From positions 53,320,001-53,384,000 of the forward strand of contig OX597827.1 of assembly GCA_951406725.2 (NCBI GenBank): 64,000 bases of DNA. The letters are read 5' to 3'. The position numbers and the translations under genes are program-made. Each line of letters begins with the position of its first letter. The stretch's first letter is position 1. The notes under the pieces were generated by a model that made no database searches, was not told where the DNA came from, and was given only the letters and a program-made list of their open reading frames with translations. Below are positions 14,064 to 27,661 of the stretch, piece by piece. The stretch is from Octopus vulgaris. Taxonomy: Eukaryota.

Positions 14064-14240
14064 CATAATAAATGCTTAGCGGTATTTCGTCCGTCGCTAC
14101 ATTCTGACTTGAAATTCACCAGAGGTCAACTTTGCTTTTCATTCTCTCAGGGTCGATTAAATAAGTACCAGTTACACAGTGGGGTCGATGTAATCGACTT
14201 AATCCCTTCCCCAAAATTTGAAGCCTTGTGTTTCCTGTAG
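13716..14240 (+). mobile_element. Cluster of 5'-truncated SINE family B copies (Nin/Deu-domain-like)
   Basis: ttctgagttcaaattccgccgaggtcga..gcctttcatcctttcggg motif, in three partial copies separated by (ATT)n. Confidence 0.75.
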
Positions 14241-14319
14241 AGAGGATTCTTCTTCTTCTTCTTCTTCTTCTTCTTCTTCTTCTTCTTCTTCTTCTTCTTC
14301 TTCTTCTTCTTCTTCAGTA

Positions 14320-15741
14320 GTCTTATTTTTAACACTTGCTTTCACTTTACCACCGAGCGCAGCTCTGTGTGCCTTGGGTGTGGGCTGTAGTTTGTTGTGG
14401 TGCTCTTATTTTCACTGTATCGAAAGCATTTTACGTAGGATGTGTGTGGTGCCTAGTAGTGCTATTTTCTGTAGAGGGCAAAGAAATTTTGTTTCTTCCC
14501 ACGTATTGTGGGAATATGTTGACAAGAGACTGGGTCTGCGGGTTACCACCCGGGATAAAACCCAAGTGGATAGAGGAGACTATCCGCCGGGGTCTGGGTG
14601 GCTGCGGAGCCAAGCTCCTTAATGTGAAAGTTTTTCCTGCGGCTGATTGGGTTGGGCCAAAAGCTGTTTTGACACTGTGGACCCTATCAGCCAATCTGGT
14701 TTTTCCAGATTTTTCGAAAATGGCTGGATGCAGGTACAGAGTGATTCTTGAGGGTGCCCACACCCCCCGGTATCATCGGTGCCTGGAGCCTGGCCATATA
14801 AAAAAAACTGTCTCCAGTAACAAAGTAAGGTCCTGGGACAGTTGGTTGAGACCTCTGTAGAAGAGGGAATGAAGGCGACCGAGGAGGCGGAGGACTCCTC
14901 AAAGAAGGGCCGCAAGAGGAAGAAGGTGAGCAACAATGGGTGCTCACCGAAGGATCCTAGGGATGACGGAGGGGAGGCAAATCTCCCGGTCACGGAGGAG
15001 ACGCACCCTCCCTCAGGTGAGAAGAAAAAAGAGGAAGAGGAAGAGAAACGGAACATTGCCGGCAGTCGGTGATATAGTACCGGGATGTCCCGGAACCTCA
15101 TCGGTAGGGGTTGTGCTACCGGCAGGGGAAGAGACACCGTTGACGGGAACTCTGCCGCCAACGGTAGAATTGATTATCCCGGCCGCGGAGGAGGACGAAT
15201 CATTGGTCTTCTTCTATAGAAGCGGAGAGGTAGAAAAGGTGGTGCACACAGAATCCCGAATGGCCTCTGCAAATAGCTGTGGAGGTCATAACGTTGCTCG
15301 TGATGGATAGGCTGAAGGGACACAATGAGGAATATCGCATGTGGCCGGGCGACGCCGACACGGCACCCGCTTTGATATTGAATGAGGCGTGGGTGATTGC
15401 GGAGTATGCGGGCACAGGCGATGTTGAGGAGGAATAGTGATAAGAGATTGAAAAGCCTCATTGTTACTGAAAGTTCCGAGTTTGGAAAGAAAGGTAAAAG
15501 GTTTAGCGCCTCATTTTTTTTATTGAATTTTATTATTGAATATTGTGAACAGTGTAGAGGTTTGTTGCCTCATGAAGAATATACAAGAGATCAATATTCT
15601 CGAGAAAATTGATCGGCGGGCGTCGTTTTTTCCTCCCATTAATCATCATTTTCATTTTCATTTCATATAACATTATGCCTACGTCCAGCCCGCAGATTCC
15701 TTTCTCTGTGTAAGGCCTTATGGCTAATATAGTGAAATAAA
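14320..15741 (+). mobile_element. ORF1-only Tx1-like non-LTR element (gag-like, degenerate CCHC), 5'-truncated
   Basis: EILFLPTY..WVCGLPPGI..DWVGPKA..RVILEG..RCLEPGHIKK, homologous to the copies at 23000 and 25322; ends gtccagcccgcag..aataaa with no ORF2. Confidence 0.7.
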
Positions 15742-16158
15742 GAGGCTTGCTTCCCAAACACATGGTTCCGGGTTCAGTCCTACCGTAAATACCTTGGGCA
15801 AGTGTCTTCTGCTATAGCCTCGGGTCGGTCAAAGCTTTGTGAGTTGATTTGGTAAACGGAAACTGAATGAATCCCGTCGTATATATATGTGTGTGTGTGT
15901 GAACATGTGTGTTTATGTGTGTGTGTGCGTTTGTGTTTGTGTATGTGTATTTGTACCCCCACCACCGCTCGATAATCAGTGTTAGTGCGTTTACGCCCCC
16001 ATAACTTAACGGTTCGGCAAAATACACCGATAGAATAAGTACCAGGATTAAAAATATTAAGTCCCGGGATCGATTCATTTGACTAAGAATTCTTCAAGGC
16101 GGTGCTCCAGCATTGCCGCATTCTAATGACTGAAACAAGTAAGAGACAAAAGAAAAGT
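15742..16158 (+). mobile_element. SINE family A lacking its first ~30 nt
   Basis: Begins at gcttgcttcccaaacacatgg; body and tail match 817-1203. Confidence 0.8.
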
Positions 16159-16194
16159 TAATGTATTTGAAACATAATGGAAGACAAAGCTTTT

Positions 16195-16271
<77 letters not shown>

Positions 16272-16335
16272 CATATTACGGTTTTTGTATGTTTCTTAAA
16301 TGGCTTATAAACACCTTCCACGCTGCAATTGTTTG

Positions 16336-16404
<69 letters not shown>

Positions 16405-16747
16405 TTATAAATAAGGATAATATCGATATATAAATATCGATATTATCAAATGGCCAGCATGGGAATAAATACCATACAAAGGTAATAATTTTTCACAACT
16501 ATAAATAAGGTTGTCTGAGAGACACCACCATGCCGAAATAGCAGTCAAACCCTGGCTCTAAAAACCACCTAAAATTTTCATATCGTACCACGAGATAAGA
16601 CAGAGAAACAAAATAAACTAGCAAAAAGATATTACTGGATAATTCAAGATCCTGGATTTCTAGCTTTACTTCAAATAAGCTCTGCTTTCGTCAGTTGAAT
16701 ATACCACATTAGCACATAAATACAAAAATATATATACAGAACACACG

Positions 16748-16793
<46 letters not shown>

Positions 16794-16802
16794 ATATATA
16801 TA

Positions 16803-18005
16803 TTAGGTCGTCAAATATGAAATTTGTAGAACAGGAAAAAGTTTGCTAATATTTTATAAATACAAGGAATAGTTTTATTCATCAATGTATGCACCTATAT
16901 TGTCAATACACTTTTACCATTTCAGCGGTAGCTTGTCCAGCCTGGCAATCAAGAGTCAATAAAATCTTGGATGGCCTGTTTTACAGCATCGTCGGAGTTA
17001 AATTTTTTCCTATCAAAAAGTTATCCAAATTCTAGAAGACGTGGGGAATTTCCGACTCCAAATCCTGTAGTTTCGCGAATGTCATTTTGCGTTGTCTTGC
17101 AATAAAACAGGAGTGAATCTGTTGACTAATCTAGGCTGTTTTCTGTAAGTTTCTCCATCATTTGGTCCACTTGGCTGCAGTATACTTCGGCCGTGATTGA
17201 TGAGCCAGGTTTAATGAAATCATAATGGATCACACCTGCGCCAGACCACCCAACATACACCAGCAGCTCCTTTTGATGAATTTTGGTTTTTGGACTGTGT
17301 TTTGGTGGCTCGTTTTTGTCCAACCATTGTACTGGTCATTTACGGTTGTTATTTTGGATCTCATCACATGTTACAATTCGATTCAAAAATGATTCATTTT
17401 TGTGATGAAAAAGTAGTATAATGCAGGCTTCCAAATGTTGCTGTTTCTGATTTCCATTGAGTTCATGAGGAACCTACTTATCCAACTTCTTCACTTAACC
17501 GATTTGAACTAGGTGAATCAATATTGTTTGCTTGCTAACACCAAACAACAATGATAATTCCCGTGCACTTTGTGATGGACCTGACTCGACGGTGGCTTCC
17601 AGTCCATCATTATCCACTTTTGTTTCTAGTCGACCGCATTGCACATTTATAAGGTCAAAGTTAACAGAACGAAATTGTGCAAGCCAATTTGATACTGTCT
17701 GCTATGTAATAACATTAGAATGAAATATTCCATTTATATTCCGCGCTGTCTGTGATGCTGCATTTCCAAGAAAGAACTCATATTTTAAAATTGTTCGAAT
17801 TTCCGACTTATCCATCTCTGAACAAAAATAGTAAAAAACGATTTATAAATACTTTATAAAGCGCAAAATAAGTTAGAATAAAGAAATAGATGTGTCAGCT
17901 TTCTAACAAAAAATAAAGATTGTCACAATATAATAATGGCGCAAAATGAGCAGCTGTCAAAGTTTACCATATACCTTACTACAAATTTCATACTTGACGA
18001 CCTAA
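16803..18005 (-). mobile_element. Decayed mariner (DD34D) transposon
   Basis: TA-flanked TIRs ttaggtcgtcaaatatgaaatttgtag / tacaaatttcatacttgacgacctaa; minus-strand MDKSEIRTILKYEF, VPHELN and RIVTCDE motifs. Confidence 0.88.
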
Positions 18006-18039
18006 TATATATATATACACATGGAAGTAGAGAATAGAA

Positions 18040-18880
18040 AAGATGAACAGAGGGTACATAAGTTCACCATGGAAATACTTATAGAATAGACAGAACGAAG
18101 ATAAGTTTTGACGATGAGCCAAAACTTCCACATTAAATAGAAAGAAGAGTACCCACCATATTAACGATTCGATCCTAAATTCGACCAAGTAAATAAGAGA
18201 CCCGGAGGAGGCACCAGCCTAAAGATAACAGCAATGTAAGAAACTTGTAAGCAAGGAAGAAAGATCCAACCTTCTTGGCAGTCGACATGGCAATGGACTG
18301 AAAGTGCTTGTTCCAAGAGAGATGACGTCGGATACTATAGCTTTCTGAAAGATCAGTGCCCCCGCCCATAGCAATGGAGGGGAAGGATGGCTACCTATAA
18401 TGATTAGTTGACAAAAGCTTTATATTGCCAGCATTAAAAGTCACCAGTCAGTCACTATCCCATTTCATGACCGCATGAAGAACAATCTTAAGAAAGACAA
18501 CCAGCTCAAAGTCGCTAATTTTGTCATGACCAAATTAAGGAGCTGTACCATCGACATAGATGGCAGTTTAGAAACAATTTCGTCTGGAAGATCATTAATG
18601 AAAAGGAGAAAAAGAGTAGGACCAAGTACAAAACTTTGGGGTACTCCAGCAGTGATACCATATGCTTCCAACTGCCGGCCATCAATGACCATCTTCGTTG
18701 TACAACTTGAAAGAAATGACTTTATGTTGAGGAACGGCCAAGGCAGACCATAGCCTCTGAACTTATAGGTCAGTCCAGCCTACCATACTCTGTCAAAGGT
18801 CATTCAGATATCAAGAGCGATGATTCTAGCTTCACCAAAAGAGTTAAGGGAACGATAGAACCGTTCAGATATGACATTGG
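18040..18880 (-). mobile_element. LINE RT fragment (Jockey/CR1 group)
   Basis: GVPQSFVLGPTLFLLFINDL plus upstream IIALDI and FDRVW motifs; frameshifted. Confidence 0.8.
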
Positions 18881-19529
18881 GTATTTTACTTAAATTGAGA
18901 AAAGCTATTTGACGGCCCTCTGTAGTGTTATAAATAACATAGTCTTACATATAGAGACATATACTTGGTTCCAACCAAGGTAGTTTAACATGCAGGTCAT
19001 TATTATTAACGTCAAAATCATTATCATAATCTATACTGTATTTTTAACTTTTTTTACGTATTTCAACTTGTAGATCAATGTGACATGCCAAATAATTTCT
19101 CAGATTCAACCGGCTATGCATTTGCATTTGAATGTGTCCCATTTAGCTCGGGAAAATATAGACAATATAAAAAATAATCACCGTAGAGATGATCACGTTC
19201 CCATGGTCTATGTGGTGAGATAAGAAATGTGCGAACTCTGCCAGTGTTGAGTTGTCACATATTGCATCTTAGAAACATGTTGAATGTCAAAATCTTTCAT
19301 AGTCATTGTTAAAAATAAATGAACGTGTGAAATCTCTTACACACATATGGGCGAGCGCGCATACATACACACACGTCCCCTCCATAAAAAAACACATATA
19401 TGAAAGTTTGAAACTTTGGACGTTAATACAAAGCCCACACTAGTTTTCTTTCTTCATAACCGTCTGAAAATGTGTGTTTTTAATGAGATATTCTCAAATG
19501 CCTTTCAGGTTGTGTAGATTAGGGTTATA

Positions 19530-19702
19530 TCGGAGCAGGGGGTATTGACACCATTGTTCGACTGGTACTTATTTCATTGACCCCGGAAGGGACGAAAGGT
19601 AAAGTCGATCCCAGAAGAATTTAAACTCAGAACGTGAATTCTAAAGAAATGCCGCAAAGCATTTTGTTCAGCGCTGTAAAAATTTTGCCAGCACTCCATC
19701 TT
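19530..19702 (-). mobile_element. Diverged SINE family B
   Basis: Reverse complement of the gagttcaaatt..gcctttcatcc..aagtaccag consensus. Confidence 0.65.
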
Positions 19703-20199
19703 TATGCTAGAACTAATTATTGAATAGATATTTCATCCATTATTTTATTACAATCTTAATCTCTCTCTTTAAACAAACTCAAGAGTAGTCCATACCAAAC
19801 GTTTTCATATTGTATACTAGAAACAGTAGGAAACACATAGGTCTCAAAAGTATTTTTTTTTTTGCATAATTGTAATTAAATCATAATTAATCTTTTGCAT
19901 AATTGTAATTAAACGATATGGAAAGAAAGTCGAGATGCGTGAAAAATACGTTTCTCCTCAGTTTTTTTTCATACTAAATTCTTCTAAAATCGTAATCTAA
20001 ACAATCTGAAAGTTATTGGTAGAAAATTTCATTAAAAAATACTCATTTTTATGAACTCTACGAGGAAACAAATTTGAAGTGCGTGAATTATCCGAAACAC
20101 TTCTCCACAGATGTTTTTCACCAATATTCCGGTATAATCATTAAATATACCGTCTGAAGCGTATTTGAAGAAACTTTCATTAGAAATATTCGTTTTTCA

Positions 20200-20402
20200 T
20201 AAGCGAGCAGGCCAACAGAAGAAAGAGTGAGAGAAAGTTGCGGCGAAAGAGTACAGCAGGGATCGCCACCACCCCCTACCGGAGCCTCGTGAAGCTTTAG
20301 GTGTTTTCGCTCAATAAACACTCATAACGTTCGGTCTGGGAATCGAAACCGCGATCCTACAACCGCGAGTCCGCTGCCCTAACCACTGGGTCATTGCGCC
20401 TC
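20200..20402 (-). mobile_element. tRNA-derived SINE family C
   Basis: Minus-strand head gaggcgcaatgacccagtggttagggcagcggactcgcgg..ggtttcgattccc with A/B boxes, followed by a non-tRNA body. Confidence 0.7.
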
Positions 20403-20513
20403 ACACACACATAGACACACACACACACACACACACGTATGTGTGCACGTTAGTATTGTTTGTGTATAAATATATGTGTATATGCATATAATACACATGT
20501 ATATGTATGTATA

Positions 20514-20574
<61 letters not shown>

Positions 20575-21208
20575 GGTTTTTATTGATTTGTGAAACGTGA
20601 AATGTATTTTGTGTGTTTAAAATGACGGTTGTGAAGATAATGTGAGGCAGAAGTTTCGATATTAGTGAAAAAATGTATTAAGCGAAAAGCCGTTCAGTGA
20701 AATTAGATCTATGTCACCTATATAGATTTCCTGAAAGGACTAGAAGAGGTGAGCGGAAAAGCAGAAGTGTTGTAACCATTATTGTATTTTGTGTGTCAAG
20801 TTATGAAGAGTTTTTTTATGATTATTTTGTGTGTTTTGATTATATTAATTTGTAAATTGTTTCTTGATGTTATGCTTGTTTTCTTAAATGTGCTTATTAA
20901 TAATAATAAATGAATATATAGGAATTGTACTTGCTTGGCAAGTGACATGATCTAAGTTTGTATGTTGAAACTCAAACAGATTGCGCGTGAGTCATGTTTG
21001 TCATAAAAAAGAATAACACATATACCGATGCATTCAATTTCTTAGCAGTATTATATTCTATAAATGTGGAAACGTTTTAACACTTTCTAGTTTACAAAGA
21101 AAGAAAACAAAAATGAGTAATAAATTATTACTAAATGTACATAATTTGAATAATATATATGATTACTATTTGATTATTTAAGTCCAGTTTCGTATCATAC
21201 AAAGGAAT

Positions 21209-21554
21209 AAGGCAGCGAGCGGGCAGAATCGTTAGCGGACTGGATAAAATGTTTGACGGTATTTCGCCCGCCGCTACGTTCTGAGTTCAAATTGCCTTTC
21301 ATCCTTTCGGACTCGATAAATTAAGGACCATTTGCTTAATCCGTTTGTCTGTCCTTGTTTATCCTCTCTGTGTCTAGCCCCTTATGGGTAGTAAAGAAAT
21401 AGGTATTTCGCCCGCCGCAACGTTCTGAGTTCAAATTGCCTTTCATCCTTTCGGACTCGATAAATTAAGTATCAGTGAAACAAAGTGTCAATGTAGTCGG
21501 CTAGTCTCCTCCCCCAAAATGGCTGCCACTGTGGCAAAATTTGAAACCATTATT
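21209..21554 (+). mobile_element. SINE family B, internally duplicated, with 12-bp TSD
   Basis: atacaaaggaat at 21197-21208 and 21555-21566. Confidence 0.8.
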
Positions 21555-22953
21555 ATACAAAGGAATTGAATTTCTCTTTGGAATAAAGTCTGGAACCTAT
21601 TTTAATTAAATTTATTTCTCATACCATAACAAGATCCATAAAATATGAACTCAGTCAGTGTCAGTCGATTTTGTACACAGGCTGCCATGGATCTGGAATG
21701 ACTCAAAATTAACTTAGATAACGTACTTTGCATAAATGAAATACATAAAAGACAAACATACTGTCTGCAACAAGGTTTAGTTTGGTCCCAGGCTAAATTT
21801 TATTCAACAAACTGTTATTCTTAATTCGTAATTTTAGAATATTTTGTAGAATATACATTGTCCACAATAGAAAACAATGTTTAATTACAGTGGAAACTGG
21901 ATAATATAACGTTAATAAAACTATTAATATCATTTAAAAAATAACATTTTAATATGCTACAAAAATCTAGTTGCCACCTCGTCTAAGATTTTCGTAATGA
22001 CTTTTTGAAATTGTCTAAAGACTTTGTAATATCTAATTGTAATATCTAATTGTCTAAAGACTTTGTAATATCTAAAGACTCTGTAATATCCTTTATATGC
22101 GCTGAGAATCGGAGGGAGACCAGAGTCGGAATTAACACCAGTTCCGGTTAGTGAAATAGATGTAACTCAGAGAACATGTCCTTATCTCAACCAATAAATA
22201 AATTAAAAAAAAAAAGCCTGTAGATCCATGCACTAAAAGATGGGATATATTTTCCTTTTACTATGTCTATATGTTCAGAGCAAAATAGTTTTTTTTATTT
22301 CAAATCCATACACGTGTGCAATTTTCTAAAGTTTTGCAACTGAAACCATGCAAGCTGAAACCTATTTTCTTGAGACATTCATTGAGACAATATTTAACAT
22401 CGTTCTTTTTCTAAAGACTCTTAGACTATAAGATTGTGTATATATCGTGTGGATCAGTCTTTCTTACACATCCCTGCACACCAACACATAATCTGCACAC
22501 AACTCATAATCTGCACACAACACATAATCTGCACACAACTCATAATCTTTTTCTCTATTTTTTAATAAAGTTGTTATATTGATATCTTCATTAAATTAGT
22601 TCGATCTACATTATGAACTGAGATTTTAGGAATAATTTTCCCTATCTGGCTCACAAAATCCAGTTTATGCTTCAATTTGGCCCGCAGAGTGAGCCTAATT
22701 GAAAATAAATGCTTGAGATAAATGCTTTCCAAGTCTAAACAAGTTTTTAAGATAAGATATCAGTATATCAAATCTAACTTTTCTAGTTATCTATTTCTTA
22801 CATCTAAGAGAAAGATAATGTAGAGTAAATTATAATTCACAGAAACGCAACGAATCATTCGTAGCCGATGAACAGAGTCCTACTCAAAAGTGGGGATTCA
22901 CTGAAAAGCATACTGATAACAAAGCAAATATATTGCACGAGACATCTACAAGT

Positions 22954-23000
22954 AGGCGTAGGAGTGGCTGTGTGGTAAGTAGCTTCCTTACCTAACCACA
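22954..23000 (+). mobile_element. Head only of SINE family A
   Basis: aggcgtaggagtggctgtgtggtaagtagcttccttacctaaccac, then an abrupt switch to the ORF1 element. Confidence 0.75.
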
Positions 23001-23930
23001 GAAGAATTCGTGCTGCTTGGAAGTCACGTCTTTTGATGTGAAAAATTGAACATTTGAAGCACTTTTTAGCGAGAATTGTGTGTTTTCGGGAGGTGTGTCA
23101 CTCCGAAAAGTTTTTGAAAATTTCTATGACTGTGTTTATGTCCTTTCAAGTGGATTTTTACGATAAAGGATAAGAGTACAGACGGAGTTGAACGGAATAA
23201 CATTTGTGCTGCGAAGGACTACCAGTTTGCATTACCAGTAGCAGAGTTGTGTTGTGTTGTGTTGCCATTTTGGAATATCTTCCTTCGCTCTTTTTTCTCA
23301 TCTGTCTTTCTAATCTTTTTTGAATTTTTTATAGACTTTCACTTGAACATTTTGATTTTTGTTTGTAGATTTTTTCTTGTTTTGGCTATCAACATGGCAA
23401 CAGCGAAATCTGCTTTGGCGTGGCAAATTCTGGCCCCCAAAGAATAGGTGAAAAATTATACGGAGAGAACGGTGGTGTTAAGGACCTATTCCAGGGTCCT
23501 TGACACCATCAAGGTCTTCTCTGAGAAAGAAATTGTGGAGGAGTTGGCAGACTAGCTACCAACAGTTAAGTTCATCCGCAGGGTTGCGAAGTATGGAACT
23601 GTGTGTGTACTTTTTAACACCCCTGCGGAACCTCGTGATTTTGCGACCACGCCTTTGGAGGGGGGAAAATTTTGTTTCTCCCTACTTATGGCGGTAGAGG
23701 GTTGACAAGAGCCTGGGTGTATGGACTTCCACCCGGTATAGAGGCCTAATAGATAGAAGACACTATCAGTGGAGGCCCTGACAGGCTCTTAAACATAAAA
23801 ATGTTGCCTGCGGTCGATTGGGTCGGGTCAAAAGCAATTTTGACCTTATAGGCCCAATCGGCTGAAGATCTGGTTTTGCCAAATTTTTTAACAATGGGCG
23901 GTTCCAGGTACCCGGTGATAGTTGAGGATA
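23001..23930 (+). mobile_element. 5' part of an ORF1-only Tx1-like element
   Basis: ATG at 23394: MATAKSALAWQILAPKE*VKNYTERTVVLRTYS, homologous to MANIKSALEWEVIPPKQWIKNFKRRTVVLRTYS; contains stops; truncated by a SINE. Confidence 0.7.
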
Positions 23931-23939
23931 CTGCATCAT

Positions 23940-24130
23940 TTACATCGAGCACAGTACTCAACTGGTATAAAATAAGTTGAGCCCAGTACTCAACTTATTT
24001 TATCGACCCCGAAAGAATGAAAGACAAAGTCGACCTCGGCGGAATTTGAACTCAGAACGTAAAAACGGACAAAAGGTCGTTAAGAATTTCGTCTCGCATG
24101 CAAATCGATTCTGCCAGCTCACCACCTTGA
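23940..24130 (-). mobile_element. SINE family B
   Basis: Reverse complement of the family-B head and body. Confidence 0.7.
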
Positions 24131-24242
24131 ATCGTGATAATATTTACACTCAACAGACACTGCAGATGAAGGGATCTCCGTCGATCAAGATTGACCTTTT
24201 TTCTCTACAATTGTATGCAGGCCTGAACAATTATTATTATTA

Positions 24243-24303
<61 letters not shown>

Positions 24304-24954
24304 CATTACTATTATTCTTATTATTGTTATTATTATTATTATCAGTATTATATGAGGACAGTCTTTTGCTATGCTTCCAAGTATTGCAATTCTCCGGCTT
24401 CCTCTTTCCTCAGCACCGGTGTTATGCAAGTGAAAGGCCAATACTGTCTTGCATCAGTGACCTCGCAAACATTACTGATAGGACACAAACAGACGGAACA
24501 AGTACCCCAACACAACTTCCCTGACCCTCGAGAAGATCCGCCAATTCCTTACCTTCGATTAGCATTATTTTTATCAACCACGAAAAGGTGACAAACAAGG
24601 TTGATCTCAGGGAGATTTGAACTTATCCAGAGAACGACTCTACCAGTAAGCCGCCTTCAACAACTAGCACCCACCTCACACGTTCACAAACACACACACA
24701 AAATACACATAACACAACACACACATACACACATCACAACACAACACACTCATACACAAGACACTCATACGCACACACACACAGAGAACAACATAAAACA
24801 AATACATATGTCAAACAATCAAATCAGTCACTTCTCATACAGTGTTGAATAAAGGAAAGGCTTTTTCTTTATCTCCTCTTAACTTTCCGCTTTCGGCGCC
24901 TAATCACTAACTTTTGTAATTGTTCAGTACTTTTTTCTTTTTTCTGTTTTTTCT

Positions 24955-25321
24955 CTTTTACTTGTTTCAGTCATTTGACTGGCCATGCTGGAGCTTCGCC
25001 TTTAGTCGAAAAAATCGACCCCAGGACTTCTTTGTAAGCCTAGTACATATTCTATCAGTCTCTTTTGCCGAACCGCTAGGTTACGGGGACGTAAACACAC
25101 CAGCATCGGTTGTCAAGCGATGTTGGGGGGACAAACACAGACACACAAACATACACACACACATATATATATACATATATACGACGGGCTTCTTTCAGTT
25201 TCCGTCTACCAAATGCACTCACAAGGCTTTGGTCGGCCCGAGGCTATAGTAGAAGACACTCACCCAAGGTGCCACGCAGTGGGACTGAACCCGGAATCAT
25301 GTGGTTGGTAAGCAAGCTACT
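24955..25321 (-). mobile_element. SINE family A lacking its first ~25 nt
   Basis: Minus strand begins agtagcttgcttaccaaccacatg directly after the ORF1 element's aataaa. Confidence 0.8.
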
Positions 25322-27285
25322 TTTATTCATCAAATTGGCCATGAAAGCCGTACATAGATAAGTAACTGCGGGCTGGACAAGGACATTAATGTGATGAGGA
25401 TGATAACGATAAAATTGAATAAAAATAGGTGGGGCAACGGCGCCCGCCGACCGATAACCTCTCGAAAACAATGTTCAATCTAAAATCAAGAAAAATTAAT
25501 ATACAGTAATTAAATACAAATATAAAAATTCCAAAAACAAAAATTCGTTTTTCATTCCTTGTCCGGGACCCCAAGTAAGTTTCCTGCCGCCTGCAGGAAA
25601 GCCTGCATTGGCAGGCCCGGACGGAAGGACACAAAATCTTCATTATTTTACTCCTGAGCTCAATTAGTTCTTCTTGGGTGATGGCCTCCGCAGCCACCGG
25701 CGAAGGCCAACAATGACCGTCTATACAGACCAAGTCGTATCGTTCACAGTCTAAAAGACTATCCAAATACATCTCAACAGGCCTTCCCTTGAAATAGAAA
25801 ATGAAAAGTTCCACCCCTTTCTCACGGGGTGGGGCCTCAACCTTCTCTGTCAGGGCTTCTCGCTCCGGTGGCACACTTCCCACCGGGGGAGCCTCGTGTT
25901 CGGACGGCGGCACAACGACATCCGCTGACCATCTCCAATTTCACTTCCTTCCTCTTTTTCAGTTACGGAAGTCGGGGCCTCCGTCGACACACCCGGGAGG
26001 TCCTCTTCCTCTCCCGCAACCTGCACTTCAACTGGTGAGCAACCACCATTGCTCACCTTTCTCTTTCTTTTCGTTGAAGCCGACGCCCCAACGACTTCCT
26101 CCGTTTCTCCCTGCAATGGGAGAGAGGAGGGCACCTTAACCTTTTCCTTCTGCGGGACCTTACCGCGGCCCCGGGGGCAGACTTTCTTAATGTAGCGTGA
26201 CTCCAGGAACGAGTGACACATGGGGAGCGGGGAGACCCTCACGTATCACTGGATATCTTGAGCCATCCATTTTCAAGAACTAGGGAAAGTCATTTCACCC
26301 GCGGTTACTGGGGTCCATAGGGTCAAAGTTGCCTTTGCACCCTCTCAGTCGAACGCAGGCTTTATCTCTATATTTAAGAGCCTGGGCCCGCTATCCCACC
26401 AGGCCCCACCGGATGGCATCTGCAATCCACCCCGCTTCGTTGCCCGGGGTCAGAACCACATACCCAAGCCCTAATCACCTTCCCACGATATGCGGGAAGA
26501 AACAAAATCTCCTGCCCTTCCAGGGGCTGGCCTGCCACAGTGCAAGCCTCCTCAGGGGTGTCAAAAAGCAGCCACATCGTGGTGTATTTGACACTCCTGG
26601 TTACATAATAATTTTTGGCTGGCAAACAATTTGCCAGCTCTTTACTAATAATACCCTTGTCGAAGAGGCCGGTGGCGTCACGTGACGTTGAATAGGTCCT
26701 TAGTACTACCGTCCTCCTCTTAAAGTTTTTAATCCATTGCTTAGGTGGAATAACCTCCCACTCTAAGGCACTTTTTATATTTGCCATGTTAAAAATCAGT
26801 TCAAAAGAAGAAAGAAAGTCCAAATAAATTAACAAGAAGTTCAAAAAGAAATAAACAAGTCAGTCCAAAGAATGAATAAAGATAAAATCCAAAAGAAACG
26901 CAAAAACAGTTCCAAAAAGAAAGAAAAACACAGAAGGATAGAGAAAAAAAAAAACCAGTTTACACAGCAAACATCAATGGCCAACAGGTACTCATGGCCA
27001 ACTTCGTAGGTTCAATGGTAATCCAACAAATTCCAATGGCAAAATCCAGTAAGTTCGGGCGAGAATACGCCCCCTTTTTTTTTCTCTTTTCCCAATATAA
27101 CAAAACAACAAACAGCAGCGAAATTTATCAACAAACAAACAATTACTATTCAACAAATTACACCCAGCTCAAACGAAAACAAAACCACCTACCTCAACGG
27201 TCTTATGCTGATGTTCTTTTTTCTTTCAGTTCAATATTATACGGAGATGACAACACACTCACGTCCACCTCGTCCAAAGAAGTGT
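25322..27285 (-). mobile_element. Apparently complete ORF1-only Tx1-like element (~1.96 kb)
   Basis: T-rich 5' UTR, frameshifted ORF1 from ~26787 (CHSFLESRYIKKVC degenerate knuckle), short 3' UTR gtccagcccgcag..aataaa; no endonuclease or RT sequence. Confidence 0.72.
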
Positions 27286-27661
27286 TGTAGTAGTTTAAAG
27301 CTTCTGATATCGTCAAGAGATTAAATAAGTTAATTCAGTTTGTAATTTCAGACTCGCATCATTGAAGTAATATCAACCAGTACGCCAATCACAAAGAAAT
27401 GTGCATCTTCTAATTGCCTGATGAGAGTGTTTTTATCATCCTTCAAGAGCTGCACTTTATTTTTCACCTCAAATAATTGCATGTACATAAATCTTTTATT
27501 TAGACATCATGCATACAATAATTTAATAAATCATCATACTCTATTTCGAATTCCGTCAAAATTTCCTTAAATTTTCAGTTTTCTCCAAGTTAATACATTC
27601 TTTTACCAGTTTCAACACATTCAGAAAGAATGTGTACATACATTTTATTAGCGAATAATAT

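Noticed and set aside
22483-22547. CRISPR-like short direct repeats (also 22010-22090)
   Set aside because: Simple tandem duplications with no unique spacers and no cas genes, in a eukaryotic context
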